Counted from the first letter of the stretch, positions 38,058 through 48,562 are shown. The stretch is DNA of 64,000 nt from Candidatus Latescibacterota bacterium (GCA_965217585.1 OZ244561.1:6624001-6688000), one strand, 5' to 3'. A program made the numbers and translations. The notes: generated by a model from the sequence alone, not told the origin.

Positions 38058-39356
38058 CTAGTTCCAAGGGGAAGGCCTCGGTTCTTTCCACAACCGAACA
38101 GTGAAGCGGTACTCTTCTTCGATGAGGTCGGGATCCGTGCCGTTGTGCTCTTGCATACCCCGAACAATCCTTCGTGGCACACCAAGCTCATTGGCCTCAA
38201 TATATCGGTAGTCGCGCATAGTCTCTTTGAGCAACTCGTTTCGAGCTGCTCGACATCCGTCGCGCATCTTTTCTACCGTCACTGAGTTCGGCAACCGCCC
38301 AGGCGAAACGACCTCGATCCGGTCAGCATAGATAGAGAGTTCAATATCAGTACCGATTATCGTGTAATCGCGATGCACAACCGCATTGACAACCGATTCT
38401 CGAATGGCCGGCAGTGGGTAGTCCCAGCGTTCAACGCGCCTTGCGCCTTCGAGCCACGCCTCTATATCAATAGCGCGTTTTACGAACTCCATAGCCTGTT
38501 CAACGACCCCACTTTCCACCTCTTCCCCACTTTTCGAGAACGTTTCCGGCAGAGGTGGATATGGCCGCAGGAAGTCCGCGTTCGGCAGTGTAAACAGCGA
38601 AACTACGGGGCCGCGCAGCATGGCTCGGGCCTTCGCGTCGTAATCTTTCTCGGTGCCAGAATACGCGGTAGCAGTGATGCCAGCTTGTTTCAGATGCCTA
38701 TTGGGGTTCTTGCCGAAGAGCAGCAAGCCGCCAACAGTCCCCATGGCGTACCCTCGATCCCAAACCATCAGTTCCGTATTCACCAGCAAAGTTATCCAAG
38801 ATTCGGGATCATCCTCCGCTGGGTGTTCCTGTTGGCGAATATCGCGAAAGTAATTGACCAACCTACGCAAATCAAAGTCCTCAAAAGACGAGCCCGGCAG
38901 CACCTTGCGGTCATACTGAATGCGCCCAGACTGCATGTACAGCCGCATCTCCTCCTCGTCGCTGGCGTCGCGTGTCGTCGATCCCGCCCGCACTTGCGTA
39001 ACCCAAGCGGAGCCGCGCTTTGCCTTGTAGGGCTTGTCGGGAGAGTCCGCAGGAAGCGACACAATACCTATGATCTTCCCGTCGCTCCATGCAAATGTTT
39101 CCCAAACGGGCATTGTAGCTGGTCTAACATGGACACGCGCAATTTCCATAACCCATTCTTCCGCCTTCTTGGAATCGCGAGTCAGTCCCGAGACCGTGAA
39201 ATCGTCTTCCACACCAAGAAGAATGTGTCCGCCTTTCAGATTCAGCAGGGCGGCGATCTCTTTGGCCAGTTGCTCCGGTTGTATGTCGTCCCGCTTGAAT
39301 TCGACGCCAGAGTTCTCGCCATTGCGTATCAATTCTGCTAGTTCGGTTCTATTCAT
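38058..39356 (-). CDS. Schlafen/AlbA_2 domain + HATPase_c_4 (RecG-C-terminal-like) protein
   Basis: GENSGVEFKR, LNLKGGHILLGVEDD, RAGSTT; AIRESVVNAVVHRDY, DRIEVVSPGRLP, ARNELL; alternative GTG start at 39362. Confidence 0.88.
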   Translation of the reverse strand: MNRTELAELIRNGENSGVEFKRDDIQPEQLAKEIAALLNLKGGHILLGVEDDFTVSGLTRDSKKAEEWVMEIARVHVRPATMPVWETFAWSDGKIIGIVSLPADSPDKPYKAKRGSAWVTQVRAGSTTRDASDEEEMRLYMQSGRIQYDRKVLPGSSFEDFDLRRLVNYFRDIRQQEHPAEDDPESWITLLVNTELMVWDRGYAMGTVGGLLLFGKNPNRHLKQAGITATAYSGTEKDYDAKARAMLRGPVVSLFTLPNADFLRPYPPLPETFSKSGEEVESGVVEQAMEFVKRAIDIEAWLEGARRVERWDYPLPAIRESVVNAVVHRDYTIIGTDIELSIYADRIEVVSPGRLPNSVTVEKMRDGCRAARNELLKETMRDYRYIEANELGVPRRIVRGMQEHNGTDPDLIEEEYRFTVRLWKEPRPSPWN

Positions 39357-39364
39357 GCTCACCC

Positions 39365-42040
39365 TCAGAATCCATACTTTAGTCGCCGCCGCTTGAAAGC
39401 CGCCTCTCCTCCTTCGAGAATCTCCTCAACCAACTTTCGCACTGAAGGCGTATCGATTGAGCCTATATACTCGGGAGCGATGCGTGCCTGCCCTTTGTCG
39501 GCCTCACCCGCAGCGGTCAGCCCGAGAATCAACTCGGCGTCCCCCAAGACCGGAATGTTGGCGTTGTGAGTCGAAAAGAGAAACTGGCGACGACGTTTCC
39601 CTTCGCGCATCCGGGGCACCACGCCCTCGGTGATGAATCGGTTATCGAGATCGTCCTCCGGCTGGTCCACGATTAGGGGAGCCTCGGATTCAAGTAGCAA
39701 CAACAGCAGGACGGCGGTGGCCTTTTGACCTTTCGACAGATCCTCAAGCGCCTGCCAAGAAGGCGGCTTGTCAGCGGGCGCAGTGTTGAGTTGGGTCGCC
39801 GTCGTTGGTGGCAGCTCCAACTCCTCAATCTGCATCAGAACATCAGGCGGGGCTTTGGCGAGACGCTCTGCCTGAGTCGACGGGATTGCGTAGATTTTCT
39901 GAACCTCCTCCGCACCTGTCATGCACCAATTGACGAGCTCCGGCAACGAGAGGTCTGGCACCTCCCTAATCCTTTCAATGGCCTCGGAAAGGCGACCGCC
40001 AATTTTCTCCTTGAGCAGATTGACGAGCGGTTCCCTGTTGCCTGCTGCGGTTACTTCGACATGGACACTATCACTGAGTTTAGTGTTTACTACCTTTGCG
40101 GCGCGGTTCACGAGCCTGAATTCCTCCGCTTTGACATCCTCCCACTCCGCAAGTAACTCACGCCGTCTCTCTACAGACTCTTTTTCCAATCGTTCGAGCA
40201 GGGGCAGGCGCTCGCACAGCGGACGTAGACTTTCAATCTCGCGCCGCAGGCGCATGAACTCCTCCCCATCCACGGCCGATTTCTGAAGCTCGCGCAGTAT
40301 CTTGTTGTAAGTGGCTTCGACCTCGTGCTTGTGCTTGCCCCAACGGCTGCGAATTTCATCAATTCCTTCATCAGCCCGCTTGAGAGCTTCCTCAAGTTGT
40401 CGCGCCACCTGCTCTATATCATGGCTCAAGCGTTCGAGTACCTTGTCCGCCCCGGCGATAATCTCCCTGCTTGGCAGCTCTTCGAGGGCCTTCGGCGACA
40501 AGAACACCCGATCAATCGGCAACTCTTGGCGGAACACCTCTAGGCACTCTCGCAACGCTTTCACTCGCTCGGGGATTGAATCGAGCACCTGTTCTTCCCG
40601 AACGAGGAGACTCTGCTCACGCAGACGCTCTTCGAGTCCGGCTTCCTGAAATCGCTTGAGCGTCTCCTCAAGACCTGGCAGCGTCGACAGTCTCTCGTTG
40701 ATCTGCTGAAGCTCGGAGCGAACATCCATGATGGCCTGTTTCGTCTTCCGAAGCTCCCGTCGCAAGTCAGCCTTGCGCCGGTCGAGAGACTCGTCGCGCT
40801 CCACAAAGCGATATAGTAGCCGAGTTAGCTTCTCACGACTCTTGGTAAGTTCCGAGATCTCGTGCTGTCCATACACTTCGACACGGGGAAGAATCTCCTC
40901 GGGGAGTAGATTCGATATCTGCCCGTTCTCGTCGCGAACCACAGGCGGATTCGGAATGGTTCGTTCAATCAGGTACTCCCGCTTCGCTGGGCGATAGGAG
41001 CGTACACGGATCGAGATTTTTGTCCCGCTCCGCAGCACCTGACGCACGATCCCCTCGTAAGCCTTGCGGGCCTCCTCGCCGATGGGATCAAGGCCGAGTA
41101 CATAGCGCAAGCTTTCAATGATCGTGGATTTTCCAGCACCACGCCCCCCAATGAGGACGTTCAGGTTCGGGTTGAAGTGGATAGCAGCACCATCCAAGAA
41201 TCCACCTTCCCACGCCAAGGTGAGAAGCTCTGCGTGATCTTCCGGCATGGGATCGCTGTTCAGACGAATCCGCGAGTCCGGGTCGAGGAAGGCTTGGCGC
41301 AGGCCTTCAATAGTAACCTCGGACATCTTGATCCAGCACGAAGTGCCAGGGTCCTTTAGGTGGCTCGGATCGCTGACGTCTTTCGCATTGAGTACCGCCA
41401 CGGGGTGATCGCGCCGATACTCTGCGTTTTTGTTTTGGAGAATTGGTCGCAGATCATCAGGAGAGTCGCCGACTGGACCGGGCAGAGAACAGGCCAGCAA
41501 GTTGGGTGATTGCCAAGCGTTGATACGCGATTGTCCCGACAGCTTGCGGAGAAGACCGCCGTCGGAGGCGACATGGGCGGCGATGCAAACCGCCCCCCAG
41601 CTCTGGGACTCGGATAGGAACTCCATGACATAGTACCGCCCCGTGGGCGACTCTTGGTGCTCTCGGTGGATTCCACAATCCCCTAAAATCCGCTCCAACT
41701 CGTCGAGGTTCGTTTTAGGGTCAAACAGACAGAGCAGATGAACCCCATCCTTAGTCACCGCCTCGAAGCCGGGAAACGCCGTAATCCCGGCTGCCTTGGA
41801 ATGCTCAATCAGGCTCGCCGCAGAGCGGACGCGATAGTGATCCGTCACAGCAATTGCGTCGATCTGCTGCTCGTGGCAGGCCTCAATGAGCGCTGCGTTA
41901 TATTCGCTCTCGTTTGTAAACGACGAGGGTTTGTCATGTGCGGCGAGGTATTCAAACGGATTCACTTGTAGCGCACACTTAAAGAAATGCGCTCCCGATG
42001 GAAGCTGTCTCATGTCCGTGTCATTCATGGTTCCCTTCAT
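39365..42040 (-). CDS. PHP-like domain + ABC/SMC-type ATPase (Ppl/TrlF-like defence protein)
   Basis: IAVTDHY, FPGFEA, GVHLLCLF; Walker A GGRGAGKS, coiled coil, LSKGQK, PLIVDQPEDDLD, STHNANIPVLGDAE. Confidence 0.88.
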   Translation of the reverse strand: MKGTMNDTDMRQLPSGAHFFKCALQVNPFEYLAAHDKPSSFTNESEYNAALIEACHEQQIDAIAVTDHYRVRSAASLIEHSKAAGITAFPGFEAVTKDGVHLLCLFDPKTNLDELERILGDCGIHREHQESPTGRYYVMEFLSESQSWGAVCIAAHVASDGGLLRKLSGQSRINAWQSPNLLACSLPGPVGDSPDDLRPILQNKNAEYRRDHPVAVLNAKDVSDPSHLKDPGTSCWIKMSEVTIEGLRQAFLDPDSRIRLNSDPMPEDHAELLTLAWEGGFLDGAAIHFNPNLNVLIGGRGAGKSTIIESLRYVLGLDPIGEEARKAYEGIVRQVLRSGTKISIRVRSYRPAKREYLIERTIPNPPVVRDENGQISNLLPEEILPRVEVYGQHEISELTKSREKLTRLLYRFVERDESLDRRKADLRRELRKTKQAIMDVRSELQQINERLSTLPGLEETLKRFQEAGLEERLREQSLLVREEQVLDSIPERVKALRECLEVFRQELPIDRVFLSPKALEELPSREIIAGADKVLERLSHDIEQVARQLEEALKRADEGIDEIRSRWGKHKHEVEATYNKILRELQKSAVDGEEFMRLRREIESLRPLCERLPLLERLEKESVERRRELLAEWEDVKAEEFRLVNRAAKVVNTKLSDSVHVEVTAAGNREPLVNLLKEKIGGRLSEAIERIREVPDLSLPELVNWCMTGAEEVQKIYAIPSTQAERLAKAPPDVLMQIEELELPPTTATQLNTAPADKPPSWQALEDLSKGQKATAVLLLLLLESEAPLIVDQPEDDLDNRFITEGVVPRMREGKRRRQFLFSTHNANIPVLGDAELILGLTAAGEADKGQARIAPEYIGSIDTPSVRKLVEEILEGGEAAFKRRRLKYGF

Positions 42041-42082
42041 CTCTATACGACTCTCATTCCTCGTTTTTTGTTCACGTTTTTG

Positions 42083-43342
42083 TTAGACAACAGTACCCGA
42101 CGGAATCACCGCGTCCTTAGGCACAACCACAATCCCGTCGCGGATGTAGTAATTTGTCTCATCGGCCTCGATGCCTCGGTCCTTGTTGATGATGCAAACC
42201 CGCTCGCCGATGCGCGCATTTTTGTCGATGATCGCCCCGGTAATCGTGCTGTTCGCGCCAATCCCCATATCCGGGATTCCTTGGGCGGCATTGCGCACCC
42301 GGTCGGCCGGCGATTCTTCCGAGTCAGCACCCATGACGATGGTATTGGCAATCTGGCAATTTGCGCCAACCATCGAGCGGATCCCGATCACCGAGCGCTC
42401 GATCCGGGCCGACTGTATGGACGAGCCTTCGCAGATGATCCCGCGCTCAATGTGGCAATTCTCCAGCCGCGTGCCAGCGAGGAAGCGCGCGTGGGTATAG
42501 ACCGGTGCGTCCGCCCGGTAAAAGTCAAAAGACGGCTGCCGATCCGTCAGGGCCAAGTTGGCCTCGTAAAAAGAGCGAATGGTGCCGATGTCTTCCCAAT
42601 ACCCTTCAAAGGTGTGGGCAAAAACGCCGATCTTGTCGATCGCGCCCGGGATGATGTGCTTGCCGAAGTCGTCCTGATCGCTGCTCATCAGTAGGCTGAC
42701 CAAGACTTGGGGTTCAAACACGTAGATGCCCATGGAGGCCATATAGCACGCCTCCGGGTCGGCCGCCGCCGGCAGCCGCAGAGCATCTAGCTCGGCCTCA
42801 TCTTGCGGCTTCTCGCGAAAATCCACGATCCGCCCCTGAGCATTTACCTGCACGATCCCCAGCGAGGGCGCGGCTTGCCGCGTCACCGGCTTGACCGCAA
42901 TCGACACGTCCGCACCTCGCGCTCGGTGTTCTTCGACAAAGGCTCGGTAATCCATGCGATAGAGGTGATCGCCCGACAGGATTAGCACTTGGTCGGCCCG
43001 GCGCGAGAGCAAATGCCTGAGCTGTTGGCGCACCGCATCGGCCGTACCCTGGTACCAATCGACGCTGTCTTGGGTCTGCTCGGCAGCCAAGATCTCGACA
43101 AAGCCATCGGAAAAGGAATCAAAGCGGTACGTCGTGCTGATGTGGCGGTGCAGCGAAGCGGAATTGAATTGGGTCAAGGCGAAGATGCGGTTGATCCCGG
43201 AATGCAGACAATTGCTGATGGGAATGTCGATTAAACGGTACTTGCCGCCAATCGGCACGGCCGGCTTGGAGCGCAACTGAGTTAGCGGGAAGAGCCGCGT
43301 GCCCTGCCCGCCCCCGAGGATGGCTCCAATGACGTTCCTCAT
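42083..43342 (-). CDS. glgC: Glucose-1-phosphate adenylyltransferase
   Basis: ILGGGQGTRLFPLT, SKPAVPIGGKYRLIDIP, WYQGTADAV, LSGDHLYRMDY, FREKP, YWEDIGT. Confidence 0.97.
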   Translation of the reverse strand: MRNVIGAILGGGQGTRLFPLTQLRSKPAVPIGGKYRLIDIPISNCLHSGINRIFALTQFNSASLHRHISTTYRFDSFSDGFVEILAAEQTQDSVDWYQGTADAVRQQLRHLLSRRADQVLILSGDHLYRMDYRAFVEEHRARGADVSIAVKPVTRQAAPSLGIVQVNAQGRIVDFREKPQDEAELDALRLPAAADPEACYMASMGIYVFEPQVLVSLLMSSDQDDFGKHIIPGAIDKIGVFAHTFEGYWEDIGTIRSFYEANLALTDRQPSFDFYRADAPVYTHARFLAGTRLENCHIERGIICEGSSIQSARIERSVIGIRSMVGANCQIANTIVMGADSEESPADRVRNAAQGIPDMGIGANSTITGAIIDKNARIGERVCIINKDRGIEADETNYYIRDGIVVVPKDAVIPSGTVV

Positions 43343-43517
43343 AAATGAAAACTCCCGATTTCTAAAGTTCGGCGTAGCTCTTCTAAGCGGCCTTATACTT
43401 ATAGATTTTCCCCAATTTAGCAAGTATGAGCCACCGCACGCACGCATTGGGTCGCCGCGCAAAATGGCATATGTTCTGGTCTAACCTTCAGGTCAACAGC
43501 GAACGGGGAAACGAGCA

Positions 43518-44246
43518 ATGACGGGAAAACTACAGCACAAGACCGCATTGATCACCGGCGCCGGCCGGGGCATTGGGCGAGCCATCGCCGAGTGCTTTGT
43601 CCGCGAAGGTGCACGGGTGGCCGTCGCCGATATCGACTCAAGCACTGCCCGCGCCACGGCCGCCGAGATCGGCGCGTTGGGATTGGAAATGGACGTGTCG
43701 TCCAAAGCCTCGGTCCTCGCTGGCACGAGTCGCGTGCTCGACCAATTCGGCCAACTCGACATCCTTGTCAACAACGCCGGCTATTTGGTCTATACCACCT
43801 TTGAATCGTGCAGCGAAGAGAACTGGGACCGCATCGTCAATGTCAACATGAAGGGGCCCTTCCTCTGTGCCCAAGCGGTCATCCCCCATATGAAGGCGCG
43901 CCGCCAAGGGGCTATCATCAACATGACTTCCCTAGCGGCCAAGACCGGTGGCCTAGCCGCTGGCCCCCCCTACGCAGCGGCCAAAGCCGGCGTCCTGACC
44001 TTAACCATTGGTCTAGCGCGCGCCCTAGCCCCTGCCCAAATCCGCGTCAACGCCATCGCGCCCGGCGTCATCGACACTGCCATGACCGCCGCCCCTGAAC
44101 ACGACCAGCTCAAGGCCTCCATCCCCCTCGGCTGCCCCGGCCAGCCCGAAGACGTAGCCAACTGCGCGCTCTTTCTGGCTTCGGACGACGCGCGGCACAT
44201 CACCGGCGAGACCATCGACGTCAACGGGGGGTTGTACATGGATTGA
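43518..44246 (+). CDS. SDR-family oxidoreductase
   Basis: TGAGRGIG, NNAG, YAAAK. Confidence 0.92.
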   Translation: MTGKLQHKTALITGAGRGIGRAIAECFVREGARVAVADIDSSTARATAAEIGALGLEMDVSSKASVLAGTSRVLDQFGQLDILVNNAGYLVYTTFESCSEENWDRIVNVNMKGPFLCAQAVIPHMKARRQGAIINMTSLAAKTGGLAAGPPYAAAKAGVLTLTIGLARALAPAQIRVNAIAPGVIDTAMTAAPEHDQLKASIPLGCPGQPEDVANCALFLASDDARHITGETIDVNGGLYMD

Positions 44247-44257
44247 GGTTAGAAGCC

Positions 44258-45034
44258 TCAGTTGCGCCCAGTAGCCAAGTCGCGCAATAGGGCGGCGTAG
44301 TCCGCCTCCCCTTCCCGTTCCCAGATCTCCAGTAGTACCGATCCGACGATGCCGATCTCGGCTTGGCCCTGTAGCTGGCGCAAATCTTCCCCGCTGCGGA
44401 GGCCGAAGCCGATCCCCAGCGGCAAATCGGTCGCCTCGCGACAACGCGCGATAAAGCGATAGAGTTCATCGTCTAAGTCAGTATGGCGGCCGGTTACGCC
44501 CTTGCGCGCCACCGCATAGACAAACCCTTTGGCTTGGGCACCGATCTGCTGCAGCCGCTGCTCGGTGTTGGTCGGGGTCATCAGTACAATCGGTGTTTGC
44601 TCGCACTCCGCGCTTGCCGCCCACAGGTCGCCGTATTCTTCGACCGGCAAGTCGGGCAGGATAAAGCCGCAGGCCCCGCTTGCTGCCAAGCGGCGGCAGA
44701 ACGGGCCGTGCCCCAAGCGAAACGCCGTGTTGTAGTAGCCCATCATCAGATGCGGAAAGGGAAAAGCCGTGGTCGCGCGCTGCATTAGGTCGAAGTACTG
44801 ATCGAGGGTAAGACCGCTTTCGAGGGCCTGCTGGTTGGCTCGCGCAAAGGTCGGCCCGTCGGCGATTGGCTCGCTAAAGGGCATCTGCAATTCGACCAAA
44901 TCGACCTCGACCTCGGCCATGATCTCCAACATCCGCCAGTTGGCCTCTAGCGAGGGGAAACCGGCGATCAGATGCGTCATTAGCAGAACCTTGCGCTCTG
45001 TGAGCCGCTCTTCGATATGGGCTTGCAGATTCAC
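44258..45034 (-). CDS. trpA: Tryptophan synthase alpha chain
   Basis: ELQMPFSEPIADGP, MGYYN, ILPDLP, GVTG, IGFG. Confidence 0.95.
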   Translation of the reverse strand: MNLQAHIEERLTERKVLLMTHLIAGFPSLEANWRMLEIMAEVEVDLVELQMPFSEPIADGPTFARANQQALESGLTLDQYFDLMQRATTAFPFPHLMMGYYNTAFRLGHGPFCRRLAASGACGFILPDLPVEEYGDLWAASAECEQTPIVLMTPTNTEQRLQQIGAQAKGFVYAVARKGVTGRHTDLDDELYRFIARCREATDLPLGIGFGLRSGEDLRQLQGQAEIGIVGSVLLEIWEREGEADYAALLRDLATGRN

Positions 45035-46281
45035 GACTGGGCGGCCTTTTCCACGAGGAAGTGCTGCCAGTTTTCGTCCTCAAGAGCGCTGGCGATCGTG
45101 AAAATGTCCTTGTCGCCGCGTCCCGACAGACCGATCAGCACGGCTTGGTCGGGCGTCATTTCGCCCACTTCGCGCAGGGCACCGGCCAAGGCGTGAGTAC
45201 TTTCGAGTGCGCCGATGATCCCCTCGCTGCGCATCATTCGCTTGAGGGCCTCGATCACCTCCTGGTCGGTCGCGGCCTCAATGCGCACCCGCCCCACCTC
45301 GGCCAAGTGGGCGAGAATCGGGCTGACGCCGATGTAGTCTAACCCCGCCGCCACTGAGTGCGTGTGCCGCATTTGGCCTTCGGCATCCTGGAAGAAGAAG
45401 GTCTTGTAGCCCTGGGCGACCCCGGGCGTGCCGACGCGGCCAGCCAAGCGCGACGCATGATCGCCCGTCTCCAGCCCCCGGCCCCCAGCCTCGATCCCAA
45501 CCAATTCGACGGCTGCGTCGTCGAGGAAGTCCAAGAATATGCCCGTGGCATTGGAGCCGCCGCCGACGCAGGCGTACACCCTATCGGGCAGGCACCCCAC
45601 TGAGTCCAGCATCTGCTGACGGCTCTCCTCGCCGATGATCCGCTGGAAATAGGCGACGATTTGCGGGAAGGGATGCGGGCCGCAAGCCGTGCCGAGTACA
45701 TAGTGCGTGTCGGCCATGGAATAGGCCCAATCGCGCAAGCTCTCGTTGATGGCGTCCTTGAGCGTGGCCGAGCCATCGGTCACGGGTACGACCTCGGCAC
45801 CCAGTTGCTCCATCCAGAACACATTGGGGCGCTGGCGCTCGACATCGACGGCACCCATGTAGATGGTGCATTCCAGTCCCAAGCGGGCGGCCATCGTCGC
45901 CGTGGCCACGCCGTGCTGGCCGGCACCGGTCTCGGCGATGACCCGGCTTTTGCCCATGCGGCGCACCAACAAGCCCTGGCCCATGACGTTGTTGACTTTG
46001 TGGGCACCCGTGTGGTTGAGGTCCTCGCGCTTGAGAAAGATCTGCGCCCCGCCGACCTCGCGGGAGAGGTTTTCGAGCAAGGTAATCGGAGTCGGCCGGC
46101 AGGAATACGTCCGCATCACCTGCTTGAACTCCGCCCAAAAGGCAGGATCGCGGCGAGCGTCCTCAAAAACTTGGGTCAGTTCGTCGAGGGTCGTGCGTAG
46201 AATTTCGGGGATGAAGGCCCCACCGTACTCCCCGTAGTACCCAGGGCGCGGGTGGTTAAAAATGGCATCGGCCAGCCCCAT
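45031..46281 (-). CDS. trpB: Tryptophan synthase beta chain
   Basis: LKREDLNHTGAHKVNN, AETGAGQHG, CVGGGSNA, LSGRGDKD. Confidence 0.97.
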   Translation of the reverse strand: MGLADAIFNHPRPGYYGEYGGAFIPEILRTTLDELTQVFEDARRDPAFWAEFKQVMRTYSCRPTPITLLENLSREVGGAQIFLKREDLNHTGAHKVNNVMGQGLLVRRMGKSRVIAETGAGQHGVATATMAARLGLECTIYMGAVDVERQRPNVFWMEQLGAEVVPVTDGSATLKDAINESLRDWAYSMADTHYVLGTACGPHPFPQIVAYFQRIIGEESRQQMLDSVGCLPDRVYACVGGGSNATGIFLDFLDDAAVELVGIEAGGRGLETGDHASRLAGRVGTPGVAQGYKTFFFQDAEGQMRHTHSVAAGLDYIGVSPILAHLAEVGRVRIEAATDQEVIEALKRMMRSEGIIGALESTHALAGALREVGEMTPDQAVLIGLSGRGDKDIFTIASALEDENWQHFLVEKAAQS

Positions 46282-46282
46282 C

Positions 46283-47527
46283 TCAATCGGTCAGCTTGGC
46301 GCGCCGGAGCGCGTCGAGCATGGCGCTGCTGCCCTGCGCCGCTTCCTGCTCCTGCTGCTGCCGCTGGCGGAACTCGGCGAGATGGGCCTTGGATTCGAGA
46401 GCATCGACCTGGGAAATCGACAGGCGCAACCGCTGGCGGCGGACATCCACTTCGAGCACCACCACCTTGACCTCTTCCTCGAGCGAGAGGACCTCGCGCG
46501 GGTAGCTGATGCGGCGGTCGGCGATCTCCGAGACGTGCACCAGTCCACGCACGCCTTCGGCCAGCTCGACGAACGCGCCAAAATCCTCCAGCCCATCGAC
46601 CTTGCCCGTGACGACCGTGCCGACTGCGAACTGCTCTTTTATCTCTTCCCAAGGATCCTTTTCCAGCGCCTTGATCGAAAGCGATATCCGCTCCTTGCGC
46701 CGCTTGCCCAAGTCCTTGGTGCGCAACACCTCGACTTGGATCTGCTGCCCCACCGCGAGCACCTCCTCGGGATGGCCGACGCGCCGATGACTGATTTCCG
46801 AGACGTGGACCAAGCCCTCCACCCCGGAACCTAAATCGACAAACGCGCCAAAATCCTCCAGCCGCGTCACCTTGCCCGCCAGTTGCGCGCCCTTCTTGAG
46901 CTGGCTGCGCACCAAGCCGGCGGCCTTGTCCTGCTCGACTTCGAGCAAGGCCCGGCGCGACAGGACGATAACGCGGCCCTGGTGGCGGAACTCGATAATC
47001 TTAAAGGTCAGGGTCTGGCCGCGGTACTCTTCGGCGTTTTCCACGTACTGAGTATCGACGTGCGAAATCGGGCAAAAACCGCGCACATCGCCCTCGATGG
47101 TCACGCCCAACCCTCCCTTATTGACCGCGTCAACCCGACCCTCGACTGGCAGCCCGGCCTTGTATGCTTGATAGAGCAAGTCGGCCTGGGCGTCTTGGCG
47201 ACTCAACCCGCGACTGATCTGGACCTCGTCCCCGACTGCCACGACAAACGCCGCGATTGGGTCGCCGACCTTGTAGCGCACTTCCCCATCGGGGCCTTTG
47301 AGCTCGCTGGTGCGAATTATGGCCTCGTCCCGACTGCCGTACTCGACAAAGCTGTTCTCGTCCTCGATCTTGACGATCACACCGCTGATCTCGTCGCCGA
47401 CTGAGACCTCATTGGTGGCTGGGGCCGGTGGTGCCCCTTCGGCGTCGAGCATCTGAGCAAAGTCTGCATCTTGTGCAGCGCGATCTACGACCGGGGTTAG
47501 TTCGTCCTTTGAATCTGCCTCTGCCAT
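46283..47527 (-). CDS. Four-S1-domain RNA-binding protein (short RpsA-like)
   Basis: Repeated FGAFV.L..GV.GLVHVSEI S1 motifs; 414 aa. Confidence 0.88.
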   Translation of the reverse strand: MAEADSKDELTPVVDRAAQDADFAQMLDAEGAPPAPATNEVSVGDEISGVIVKIEDENSFVEYGSRDEAIIRTSELKGPDGEVRYKVGDPIAAFVVAVGDEVQISRGLSRQDAQADLLYQAYKAGLPVEGRVDAVNKGGLGVTIEGDVRGFCPISHVDTQYVENAEEYRGQTLTFKIIEFRHQGRVIVLSRRALLEVEQDKAAGLVRSQLKKGAQLAGKVTRLEDFGAFVDLGSGVEGLVHVSEISHRRVGHPEEVLAVGQQIQVEVLRTKDLGKRRKERISLSIKALEKDPWEEIKEQFAVGTVVTGKVDGLEDFGAFVELAEGVRGLVHVSEIADRRISYPREVLSLEEEVKVVVLEVDVRRQRLRLSISQVDALESKAHLAEFRQRQQQEQEAAQGSSAMLDALRRAKLTD

Positions 47528-47547
47528 CGCCTACCTCCTTCGCTACT

Positions 47548-48519
47548 TCAATTCGGTATGAGGACGACCTTGCCGGTCGTCTTGCGCCCCTGCAAGGCGC
47601 GGTGGGCTTCAGCTGCGTCCGACAAGGCGAACTGAGCGCTGATGCGCAGCGCCAACTCGCCGCTGGCGATCCATTCCAACACCGCGCTGGCGCGTTCCAA
47701 TAGCTCCTCGCGGGTCTGGATATAGTGCAGCATGGTCGGCCGGGTCAAAAAGAGCGATCCCTTGGTGCTGAGGATGCCGGGGTCAAAGGGTGGGACCGGG
47801 CCGCTCGACTGACCGAACAACACCAAGTAGCCCAAGGGCCTGAGTACGTTCAAGCTCTTGTCAAAGGTCGCTTGTCCCACGGAATCGTACACCACATCGA
47901 CCCCGCGCCCCTCGGTGAGTGCCATGACGTCCTGTTCAAAATCGCGCTCGGTATAGCGGATAACTTCATCGGCCCCAGCGCCCCGCGCCAACTGCTCCTT
48001 TTCCTCAGTCGAGACTGTGCAAAACACCCGCGTTCCACACCGCTTGGCCATCTGAATCAGGAGCAGCCCCACACCGCCAGCTCCGGCGTGGATCAGGGCC
48101 GTGTCTCCGCGGCCCAGCCGATAGGACCCATGGGCGAGGTAATGCGCCGTCATGCCTTGTAGCAAAGCGGCGGCTCCCACCTTATAGGAGGCTGTGTCAG
48201 GCAGAGGGACCAAGCGGTCGGCGGGCACGGCGGCCTCTGCGGCATACGACCCCATCGCCCCAGCATAGGCCACGCGATCACCCGCTTGCACCCCCTCTAC
48301 GCCCTCGCCGACGCGAGCGACGACTCCGGCAGCTTCCATGCCGGGGATGCAGGGCAACTCGACTGGGTACAGCCCTTCGCGGTGATAGGTATCGATATAA
48401 TTTAAACCGATGGCTTTGATTTCGACTACGGCTTCGCCCGGCCCGGCTGTGGGCGCGGGCACGTCCTCATAGGTGAGGACCTCAGGGCCTCCGCACTGGT
48501 GGAAACGCACTGCTTTCAT
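47548..48519 (-). CDS. qor: NADPH:quinone oxidoreductase (zeta-crystallin family)
   Basis: GLNYIDTYHREG, LLQGMTAHYL, HAGAGGVG, YDSVG, KGSLFLTRP. Confidence 0.92.
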   Translation of the reverse strand: MKAVRFHQCGGPEVLTYEDVPAPTAGPGEAVVEIKAIGLNYIDTYHREGLYPVELPCIPGMEAAGVVARVGEGVEGVQAGDRVAYAGAMGSYAAEAAVPADRLVPLPDTASYKVGAAALLQGMTAHYLAHGSYRLGRGDTALIHAGAGGVGLLLIQMAKRCGTRVFCTVSTEEKEQLARGAGADEVIRYTERDFEQDVMALTEGRGVDVVYDSVGQATFDKSLNVLRPLGYLVLFGQSSGPVPPFDPGILSTKGSLFLTRPTMLHYIQTREELLERASAVLEWIASGELALRISAQFALSDAAEAHRALQGRKTTGKVVLIPN

Positions 48520-48562
48520 CGTGGACCTTTGCGTGGGATAGGGGCCGCTGGCGCGGCGGCAT

